Below are positions 17,691 through 25,460 of a DNA stretch of 30,243 nucleotides, piece after piece (position 1 is the first letter of the stretch; each line of letters begins with the position of its first letter). The DNA is from Pirellulaceae bacterium (GTDB lineage Bacteria > Planctomycetota > Planctomycetia > Pirellulales > Pirellulaceae), in assembly GCA_050485845.1 (NCBI GenBank), contig JBJHCD010000001.1, forward strand, positions 1 through 30,243, written 5' to 3'. The translations under genes were made by a program, and so were the position numbers. The notes under the pieces are model-generated. The model was not told where the DNA came from. It made no database searches and saw only the letters and a program-made list of their open reading frames with translations.

Positions 17691-17846
17691 ACACGCCGGC
17701 AGTCGTTTTTCCGGCCCTGAACCGGCCCCGCCGCATGGATCGTCAATCCCTATCGGGTAATCGGTCCAGGTCAGCGCAAATGTCGCGGGCCTATGCGGCG
17801 GTTCGACCGGGCGAAACGGGCTCAGGAAGTCATTGGAAGTTATTGC

Positions 17847-19232
17847 ATGACGGAAACACTGGATAGTCAGACCGATGGTACCTGGGATCCCCGGGGCTTT
17901 CTGGTCGGCTTGTCCGCCTTGGTGTTGTTGGTCGTCTTCTGGCTGCTCGGCTGGGAACTTCCGTACCTGCTGGCGGGCGTGGTTTTGATTTCGGTTGTCA
18001 TCTGGCAGGCCTGCGATCCATTTGCCGAAGCCGCACAGTGGGTGGGCAACACATTCCGAGTTCCCGGGTCGGTCCGGGGAGCTACCTTGGACGCCGTCGC
18101 CAGTTCGATGCCGGAGTTTTTTAGCGGCGTCTTCTTCGTTCTCGTGGCGATTTCCGCGGCGGACAATACCGAGTCAGCTCGCGTGGCGGCGGGTTCCGAA
18201 GGCTATGGTTCGGCACTGGCCACGGCGGCGGGAAGCGCCGTCTACAACATGATTCTGATCCCGGCGTGCTGCGCCCTTGTGATCTCCATCTATCGAAAGA
18301 GTCGTCCCACGATCGACATCGAGGATGAAGTGATCGCCCGAGATGGGATCTGGTTCGTGTGTTGTGAGATCCTGCTGATCTTGTTCCTGTTCCAGGATCA
18401 ACTCTATTGGTGGATGTCATTGGTGTTCATCGGGCTTTATTTGGTCTACATCATCCAGCTATATCGAGACGCCCGGTCGTATCGACGGAAATTACAAGTC
18501 ATCAAGGAACAGTTGGCCGAACTGCGGGAAGAGGCGGAACTTCAGGTGGTGGCCGAGCGAGTTCGGGTCCATTATCGGCTCCGAGTTTCAACGTTGGTGA
18601 TCCAGAAGGCACAAGAGGAATTCGAACGTGAGCGGACGGCGGGCGAGATGGAGTCGTCCGCTGAATTCGAAGAGTCGGACGAGACGCCGGAGAACGTGGA
18701 CGTCGCCTTCGGTCTGATTCGAATTCCATTGAACCAGATCACGGCCTGGTTGATCTTGCTGTTCTCCACCGCCGTTGCGGCGGGAGCCTGCTTTTTTCTG
18801 GTCGCCGTGACCAATCGGACTGCTGCTGTGTTGGAGGTGCCGACCTTTTTCGTGGCAGTGATTCTGGCTGCCGCCGCCTCGTCCGTCCCTGACACTTTCC
18901 TGTCCATTGGGGCTTCCATGCGGGGAGATGACTCCGGCGCGGTCTCCAATGCGTTCGGCTCCAACATCTTCGACATTTGTATTTGCCTCTCCTTTCCCCT
19001 ACTACTTCATTCCTATCTGGTCGGCTGGGAGCCGGTTAGCTTGACTCAGGATGGCAATCCAATTCCCGGACTGATGGGGCTCCGAATCCTCCTGGTGACA
19101 CTCACGATCGCCACCCTGGCCATCATTTGGCACAATCGCCAGTTGACTCGGCGCAAGGCCATTGTCCTTTGTGCCCTCTATCTTCTGTTTATTTCTTACG
19201 CGGTGCTCGGATCACTTGGCATTTTGTTTTGA
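17847..19232 (+). CDS. Na+/Ca2+ exchanger (CaCA superfamily) with NCKX-like alpha repeats
   Basis: Two transmembrane clusters separated by a charged loop. Alpha-1: ATLDAVASSMPEFF...GSAVYN. Alpha-2: AAASSVPDTF...AVSNAFGSNIFDI. ATG 17847 with GGAAG upstream is preferred over 17793. Confidence 0.92.
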   Translation: MTETLDSQTDGTWDPRGFLVGLSALVLLVVFWLLGWELPYLLAGVVLISVVIWQACDPFAEAAQWVGNTFRVPGSVRGATLDAVASSMPEFFSGVFFVLVAISAADNTESARVAAGSEGYGSALATAAGSAVYNMILIPACCALVISIYRKSRPTIDIEDEVIARDGIWFVCCEILLILFLFQDQLYWWMSLVFIGLYLVYIIQLYRDARSYRRKLQVIKEQLAELREEAELQVVAERVRVHYRLRVSTLVIQKAQEEFERERTAGEMESSAEFEESDETPENVDVAFGLIRIPLNQITAWLILLFSTAVAAGACFFLVAVTNRTAAVLEVPTFFVAVILAAAASSVPDTFLSIGASMRGDDSGAVSNAFGSNIFDICICLSFPLLLHSYLVGWEPVSLTQDGNPIPGLMGLRILLVTLTIATLAIIWHNRQLTRRKAIVLCALYLLFISYAVLGSLGILF

Positions 19233-19263
19233 GATGATACCCTCGATTTCGAATGGGACCTTG

Positions 19264-22200
19264 ATGTCGCCTCAGACTAAACACACACTTTCGGTGATTG
19301 CGGGGATCTTCTGGTTGATGCTTCCGATTCATGGGGCGCTCACCGATGAGGTTCCTGGACCGGGGGAGGGCCCTGACGAAAACCTGGAGGCGATGGAGCC
19401 TGTGGAAGAACGCGTGAACGTGGGGCTGGCCGGAGAGTACCCGGCCAACATTGCCCGCTACCTGCTGGCCCAGGGAGCCCAACGCGCGGTTCTTTCGCCC
19501 GATGGAAATCATGTGGCGGTTCGGTCGATTCTGACCGGACTACCTCAGATTTGGGTCAATTCCGTCGATGGAGGTCAGCCGAGACAACTGACCTTCGGCA
19601 ACGGCGTCACGTTTTTCGAGTGGGCTCCCGATGGCCAAAGCCTGTTCTACGGAGCGGACAATGATGGCGACGAGCAAGAGGCCTACTTTCGAATCTCACT
19701 GGATGGACAACGCGAGGAACGAATCCTCGCCGCGCGGCGAGGGGCATTCCGCTCGTTCGGCGGCACGCTACCCGACGGCGAGACCATCGTGTTTTCATCG
19801 ACCGAGCGGAACGGAACGGATTACGACATTTATCGGCTTGATCTCGCGACCGGGATGCAGCGAATGATGTTCGAAGGGGAACTCGCGTGGTGGCCACGCT
19901 CGGTTTCGCCATTCGGGCCGATGCTACTGATGACCCAGGCTGTGGGAGAGGATTCCAATAACCTCTTCCTTTTGAATCTTGATTCGGGCGAGAAACAGGA
20001 ACTATCCGTTCCTGATCGGCGGGCGAACACGGAAAATGGGGGCTTTGCCTGGACGGCGGATGGCCGATCGGTGTACCACGCGTCGAACGAGGGACGAGAG
20101 TTTCTCGCTTTGGTTCGGCGAGATCTTATCGAGAATCAAGTGGAAGTTGTTGAGGAGGCTCCCTACGACATCGAAAATGTCTGCCTGGGGGGCTCGAACC
20201 ATCAGGTGCTGTTGTGGACCACCAACGAAGATGGATTCTCCCGCCTGCATGCTCGGGACCTTGACGAAGACCGGACCATGGATGTACCCGAATTGCCCGA
20301 GGGGGTGTACAGCATTTCCTGTCCCCCAGGGAGTCCCCGGGCGGCGATTCTGGTCAATGGTCACGCCACGCCGGGGGACGTTCTGGTCTGGGATTTCGCG
20401 ACCGGAAGTCTTCGAACTGTGTGGGAATCGAACCTGGCCGGATTGGACCCATCACGTTTGGTTCGACCAGAGAGTCTCCGCATGCCGGCCCGAGACGGCG
20501 TCACGCTACAGGGACTTTTGTACCTGCCGAGCGCCGATCAGCGCCGCGGCAAAGAACGACCACCCGTGGTGTTCGATGTGCATGGTGGTCCGACAGCCCA
20601 AAGTCAGTCCACTTTTCAAGGAAATCTGCAGTATCTGCTGGAACAGGGAATTGCTGTCTTCCGGCCCAATATTCGGGGTTCGACCGGTTTCGGGCATTCG
20701 TATCTCACTCTGGACGATCGCGAAAAGCGACTGGACAGCATCCGCGATCTGGTCGACATGCTCCAGTTTCTGCGTGATGACGGACGCGTGGACGCTGATC
20801 GGGCGATCGTGCGCGGCGGGTCGTACGGAGGTTATGCCGTCAATGCCGTGCTGGCCAATCATCCAGGTCATTTCATCGCCGGAGTCTCTTTGTTCGGCGT
20901 TGCCGACTGGGTCACCGCACTCGAAGTGGCTGCTCCATCGCTACGAGCGACCGATCTGGTCGAATACGGCGATATTCGTGAACTGCAATGGCGAGAGTTT
21001 TACACCGAGAACTCACCGATTCGACAGGCGGACCGCATTCAAGTCCCGGTGCTCTATTCCCACGGAGTCAATGACACTCGAGTCGATATTCACGAGACGG
21101 AAGTCATGGTGCGCGTCTTGCGAGATCGAGGGATTGAGGCCCCCTATATCCGGTTTCGTGACGAAGGGCATGGCTGGCGAAGGTTGTCGAATCGCTTGTT
21201 CTACGGCCGCCGCGAGGCGGAATTCATTGAGAAGATGTTTGGGCTCGATGGCCCGGAAGAGAAACAGACCACCTCTTCACCCCTGCGTTTTGAGAAGCGA
21301 GTTCTCACGGAGCGATACTTTTGTGATGGAATCACGGCGGGAGACATCAATCGGGATGGCCATATCGACATCGTGGCGGGGCCGTATTGGTACGAAGGAC
21401 CCGACTGGACGATTGCTCATGAGTTCTATCCGGCCCAGCCTCTGCCGCCGGAGGCGAGTCCCTCGAATAGCATGTTCAGTTTCGTTTATGATCTGAACGG
21501 CAATGGCTGGCTCGATATCCTGGTGCTGGGCCGAGTTCACATGCACTCGGCCTATTGGTACGAAAATCCGGGGGAGACGGGGGAAACGGGGGAAACCTGG
21601 AAACGGCATTTTGCCTTCGAGCGAGTCCGAGGTGAATCGCCCATGTTCGAAGATATTACGGGCGACGGTCGGCCTGAACTTCTCTGCCACTGGGAGGGAC
21701 GTTGGGGATGGATCGCTCCGGATTGGGAGCATCCGACCGAACCATGGCAGTTTCACCCGCTGGGGGAACCACAAGATTGGGATCAGTTCTACCATGGACA
21801 GGGAATAGGAGACGTCAACGGAAACGGTCGGCAAGATGTGATTCTCAACGACGGTTGGTACGAGCAGCCCGAATCCCTACCTGGCGACAGAGCGAACGCT
21901 CGGACCTGGAGATTTCATCGGCATAGATTCTCCCCAGGCCGTGGGGGAGCGCAGATGTTCGTGGACGATGTCAATGGCAATGGGCGAAGTGACATTATCA
22001 CGGCACTTGATGCCCATGGCTGGGGCCTGGCTTGGTTCGAGCAGCTACCTCGGTCGAATGAAGCCGACATTCGGTTTCGGATGCATCGAATCATGGGGAG
22101 TCGCGAGGAGGAGCAGGAATTCGGCGTTGCCTTTTCGCAACCCCACGCTCTGGCCCTGGCCGATCTGGATGGCGATGGACTGAACGATATTGTCGTCGGC

Positions 22201-22467
22201 AAGCGGCGGTGGGCTCATGGTCCCACCGGCGATGTCGAACCGGATGCCGAACCGGTGTTGTACTGGTTCCAGTTGCAGCGAGACGAGAAACTCGGGGTCC
22301 GATACATTCCCCATCGAATCGATGACGATTCAGGCGTCGGAGTTCAAATCACCGTCATGGACGTTGACGGGGATGGTCGCCCGGATATTTTGACCGCTTC
22401 GAAACTGGGGACCTTCGTGTTCCTGAATCGGCCGAGTGAGCAAGTCAGTGGCGAAGGGGCCGACTGA
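19264..22467 (+). CDS. Exported S9 (prolyl oligopeptidase-family) peptidase fused to a C-terminal FG-GAP/VCBS-repeat domain
   Basis: Signal peptide from ATG 19264 (ATG 19234 also possible). N-terminal propeller repeats (LSPDG, EWAPDG, AWTADG), VHGGPT, PNIRGSTGFG and catalytic triad motifs GGSYGG / GVND / DEGHG. From about 21283 there are seven DxD/NGD/NG-type loops. Confidence 0.9.
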   Translation: MSPQTKHTLSVIAGIFWLMLPIHGALTDEVPGPGEGPDENLEAMEPVEERVNVGLAGEYPANIARYLLAQGAQRAVLSPDGNHVAVRSILTGLPQIWVNSVDGGQPRQLTFGNGVTFFEWAPDGQSLFYGADNDGDEQEAYFRISLDGQREERILAARRGAFRSFGGTLPDGETIVFSSTERNGTDYDIYRLDLATGMQRMMFEGELAWWPRSVSPFGPMLLMTQAVGEDSNNLFLLNLDSGEKQELSVPDRRANTENGGFAWTADGRSVYHASNEGREFLALVRRDLIENQVEVVEEAPYDIENVCLGGSNHQVLLWTTNEDGFSRLHARDLDEDRTMDVPELPEGVYSISCPPGSPRAAILVNGHATPGDVLVWDFATGSLRTVWESNLAGLDPSRLVRPESLRMPARDGVTLQGLLYLPSADQRRGKERPPVVFDVHGGPTAQSQSTFQGNLQYLLEQGIAVFRPNIRGSTGFGHSYLTLDDREKRLDSIRDLVDMLQFLRDDGRVDADRAIVRGGSYGGYAVNAVLANHPGHFIAGVSLFGVADWVTALEVAAPSLRATDLVEYGDIRELQWREFYTENSPIRQADRIQVPVLYSHGVNDTRVDIHETEVMVRVLRDRGIEAPYIRFRDEGHGWRRLSNRLFYGRREAEFIEKMFGLDGPEEKQTTSSPLRFEKRVLTERYFCDGITAGDINRDGHIDIVAGPYWYEGPDWTIAHEFYPAQPLPPEASPSNSMFSFVYDLNGNGWLDILVLGRVHMHSAYWYENPGETGETGETWKRHFAFERVRGESPMFEDITGDGRPELLCHWEGRWGWIAPDWEHPTEPWQFHPLGEPQDWDQFYHGQGIGDVNGNGRQDVILNDGWYEQPESLPGDRANARTWRFHRHRFSPGRGGAQMFVDDVNGNGRSDIITALDAHGWGLAWFEQLPRSNEADIRFRMHRIMGSREEEQEFGVAFSQPHALALADLDGDGLNDIVVGKRRWAHGPTGDVEPDAEPVLYWFQLQRDEKLGVRYIPHRIDDDSGVGVQITVMDVDGDGRPDILTASKLGTFVFLNRPSEQVSGEGAD
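21571..21597 (+). repeat. In-frame 9-nt tandem repeat encoding GET x3
   Basis: GGGGAGACG GGGGAAACG GGGGAAACC within the FG-GAP domain. Confidence 0.8.
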
Positions 22468-22551
22468 AGGGTGGCGAAATCATTTCCACACTTGATCCGG
22501 CGGCTTCGTATTATGGGCGCCCAGGCGAGCCCCGAGCAGCCGAGCCCTATA

Positions 22552-23595
22552 TTATCGACTTTCTCGAATCATCTTTAGCGTGGCGGTTGCCAGGGTGGCG
22601 ACGTCCTGGTCGCTGTCGTTCTCCAGGGTCTCGACAGGCTCCGTGGCGTCCTCGGCCTCGGGGCCCCAACTAGCCAGTGTCAGCAAGGCATGTCTCCGAA
22701 CCTCCGCGTCGGTATGCCCCAGGCTTTCCGACAATACCTGCCAGGCGGATGGAGCACGGGTCCGCAGGCGACCGAGCGCCAGGAGAGCGGCGGAGGAGAC
22801 GTTCGAATGAGAATCCCGTCCGAGGTCGACCAGACAGGCGACCACTCGGTCGGCCGAGTCCGGCAACTGCTTCCAGCCCTCGGGATCGCAACCCAGTTGC
22901 CCCAGATTTTCCGCCGCCAAAGATCGAGTTTCTCCGTCTGAATCCTGGGCGGCCTGCAGCAGAACTTCCAAGGCCGTCTCATGCAAGGTTTTGTCAGTTT
23001 GCGGCGTGCTCAGCACCAACGTCTTGGCCGCGCGAAGCCGGAGAACCAAGTCCGGATCCTCCAGCAAGGTCTGCAGTCCGGGTAAGGCCTCCCCAGCGGA
23101 TGCATGTAGTGCGCCAAGAGCCTCGAGCGACTCCCGTCGAGCGATGGTCGTTCCGTGCTGTAAAGTATTCAGTAGCGGCTTCACCGCCGCTTCTCCACTT
23201 CGTCCCAAGGCGACGGCCGCGAGTTGCCGTACGGTCTCGTCTTCATCTCCGAGTGCGACGCACAACGCGGCCACGACGCTCTCCGACTCGCCCCCTTGGC
23301 TCGCCAAACCACTGGCTGCCGACCGGCGAACTGAGAGAGGCCGATCCCCCTCCAATCCGCGGGCCAGATCCAATTCCGCGGACCTTCCCAGGCGTCCGAG
23401 CGCGATGGCAGCTAGTTGGGCGATACTTTCGTCGGATGCGTCGAGCCATTTCGCCAGTTGAGGATGTAGCTCCGGGCGGGGTTGCTGAACGGATTCCGAA
23501 AGCAGGGAGATCGATTCTAACAGTGAATCGTCACCGGGATCCCCTGAAGCTTGTCGAGTTGCCTTGGGCTGACTCCTGTTGTCGGTATCTACCAT
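22552..23595 (-). CDS. HEAT-repeat (PBS-lyase HEAT-like) protein
   Basis: About eight repeats of the pattern L.D.d..VR..AA.ALG (AIALGRLG, AAVALGRSG, SLEALGALH, AAENLGQLG, ALLALGRLR, ALLTLASWG). ATG 23595 overlaps the vgrG stop region (ATATGGTAG). Confidence 0.88.
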   Translation of the reverse strand: MVDTDNRSQPKATRQASGDPGDDSLLESISLLSESVQQPRPELHPQLAKWLDASDESIAQLAAIALGRLGRSAELDLARGLEGDRPLSVRRSAASGLASQGGESESVVAALCVALGDEDETVRQLAAVALGRSGEAAVKPLLNTLQHGTTIARRESLEALGALHASAGEALPGLQTLLEDPDLVLRLRAAKTLVLSTPQTDKTLHETALEVLLQAAQDSDGETRSLAAENLGQLGCDPEGWKQLPDSADRVVACLVDLGRDSHSNVSSAALLALGRLRTRAPSAWQVLSESLGHTDAEVRRHALLTLASWGPEAEDATEPVETLENDSDQDVATLATATLKMIRESR

Positions 23596-25310
23596 ATGTT
23601 TCCGGCCCCCGGTGTGTAGCTGGGTGAAACGACCGCATTGGTTATCAACGTTCCGCAGTGAATCACTCCGGAAGTCTTGAGCATCCCCGAGTTGACTGTA
23701 ACGAGCCCCGCGGTAATCTCAATCATCCCCGCGTCAATTTGAAGCTTGGACGCGGATTGAATCTGAATCACGCCTTCGCGACGAAGTTCAATTTGATTTC
23801 CCGATTCATCTCGAATCCGAAGTGTCCCCGCCTCGGCAATCAACTCGACCGATCCGGTGCCTCGCAACGTTATCTGCTGGGCCTCCGGTTGATCATCGAA
23901 ACGCAGTTCTTGTCCTCGGCTGGTTCGGATGGCGGTGACTCGAACATTATCTTCCGCCGGCTTTTGAAGACCGTTGTACATTCGTCCCGTGACGACTGGT
24001 CGGTCCGGGTCACCCCCCAGGAACTCCACCAAAACCTCTTGTCCAACGTCGGGTGGAAACCAGGTCCCCCAGCCATCACCCGCCTGCATTTCGGCGAATC
24101 GTATCCAGCAGGAGTCGGCCTCGGACTTGATCCATGGAAATCGAACGCGAACGGTGCCCGCCAAGTCAGGGCCTGGTGGGTGTTGCGCCACGATGGCGGG
24201 CTGAGGTCCGAAGATCATCGGCTTGGCAGCGGAACGAGGGGGCCGGTAGGTGGCCGACTCGGTAACTCGAACTGCCGACAGCGAGTTTCGATAGCCGAAC
24301 CGGGAATCATAGGCGTGGTCCACGTCCGTGAGAAAGTACTCACCTCCCAGGGACCGGTTTTCGCGAGCCCGCAGGGAAATGCGATGCCCCGCGGCCAGTC
24401 GGGGCTCTTGAGAGACTCCCTGATAAGTGCCGCGCCGAGTTTCCTCGCGTTCCATCCCGATCCGCGCTCTTTCGGCCGCCTGGCTGTTCGAGCTGACTCG
24501 ACCAGGATATTCCTGTTTCTCCCAATCGGTCGAAATGACGACTGGGTCCAGCGAGGCTTCGCGAGCCGTCAGCACTTCGGCGGACATTTCCTGATAGTCA
24601 CGCACCGAGTGGCTGCCGCCGTGGAGCTGAAAGTCAGCTCGCCAATGCGTGATGTCCTCCCCGAGATCGACTACCACTGGTCGACTCGGCCCCGCCATGG
24701 TGACTCGGTCTGCCAAAATTAGACGATGCTCGCCCTCTTCATGCTCGAAGTAGTAGAAGATCCCTTCCTCTTCGAGCAGCCGGGAAAGAAAGGTAAAATC
24801 CGTTTCCTGGAATTGGCAACAGTAGCGCCGCTGAGTTGTCCCACCGGAAAACCGCAGATCGCAGCGATGACCTTGTTGCCAATCGGCAGCAAGGCTTTGC
24901 AGAATGTCACGGGGAGTCTGATCTTCGAAGATGCGACACGACGTCGCGAGGTTCCAGAGTGACAGCCAAGGAACAACTCGTAAACGCTGAACATGTGGGC
25001 GTCTGGCCTCCTCGACCGGGACGATGGTAAGCTGTTGGACGATTCCGTGCCAATGTCGCAACGTCTCGCCGCCGCCAACGCCTCCTCGCCGTAGTTGAAT
25101 GGAGACTTCGCGTCCGATGATATCGCTGTCGTTGATGGTGGAAGGATCGAAAGTGAGCGGATCGACCGGCTCGATTTCGACGTCGAACGAGAACAGCCCG
25201 GAGACTCGCTCCCGACCCGTGAGTCGATTCACGTAAAAGGGAGTGGAAGTCCAAGTGGCGGAAATTTCCGGGCGGACGCCCGCATGAGACCAGGAAGCGT
25301 CAGTGGACAT
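23589..25310 (-). CDS. vgrG: VgrG/TssI-family spike protein (gp27 hub + gp5 OB-fold + short beta-helix), orphan
   Basis: Hub motifs LTGRERVSGLFSFDVE, VVPWLSLW...CRIFEDQTPRDIL and YCCQFQETDFTFLSRLLEEEGIFYYFEH; RPPRSAAKPMIFGPQPAIV; OB-fold SCWIRFAEMQAGDGWG...PDVGQEVLVEFLGGDPDRPVVTGRMYN; beta-helix-like C-terminus. Confidence 0.93.
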   Translation of the reverse strand: MSTDASWSHAGVRPEISATWTSTPFYVNRLTGRERVSGLFSFDVEIEPVDPLTFDPSTINDSDIIGREVSIQLRRGGVGGGETLRHWHGIVQQLTIVPVEEARRPHVQRLRVVPWLSLWNLATSCRIFEDQTPRDILQSLAADWQQGHRCDLRFSGGTTQRRYCCQFQETDFTFLSRLLEEEGIFYYFEHEEGEHRLILADRVTMAGPSRPVVVDLGEDITHWRADFQLHGGSHSVRDYQEMSAEVLTAREASLDPVVISTDWEKQEYPGRVSSNSQAAERARIGMEREETRRGTYQGVSQEPRLAAGHRISLRARENRSLGGEYFLTDVDHAYDSRFGYRNSLSAVRVTESATYRPPRSAAKPMIFGPQPAIVAQHPPGPDLAGTVRVRFPWIKSEADSCWIRFAEMQAGDGWGTWFPPDVGQEVLVEFLGGDPDRPVVTGRMYNGLQKPAEDNVRVTAIRTSRGQELRFDDQPEAQQITLRGTGSVELIAEAGTLRIRDESGNQIELRREGVIQIQSASKLQIDAGMIEITAGLVTVNSGMLKTSGVIHCGTLITNAVVSPSYTPGAGNIW

Positions 25311-25370
25311 GAGCGCGACTCGCGTGAGAGAAATGGATGCCCGAACGGATCAATCGAGGGCAAGGAAACG

Positions 25371-25415
25371 CCAGAACCAGAAGAACCAGGACCAGTAGAA
25401 CCAGGACCAGAAACA
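25371..25415 (+). repeat. Three 15-nt purine-rich direct repeats in the vgrG upstream (divergent) region
   Basis: CCAGAACCAGAAGAA / CCAGGACCAGTAGAA / CCAGGACCAGAAACA. Confidence 0.8.
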
Positions 25416-25460
25416 ACCAAGGCAAGGCCAGGATATGGCCGAGACAAGGAACGACGAGCA

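Noticed and set aside
22484-22514. Good -10 hexamer TATTAT (22509-22514) pointing antisense into the HEAT gene 3' end
   Set aside because: TTGATC is only 11 nt away and other -35 candidates are weak, so there is not enough support for an antisense promoter.
25360-25373. sigma54-like motif on the minus strand upstream of vgrG (TGGC-GTTTCC-TTGC)
   Set aside because: The spacer is 6 nt rather than the strict 7 nt, so the GG-to-GC offset is 11, not 12.
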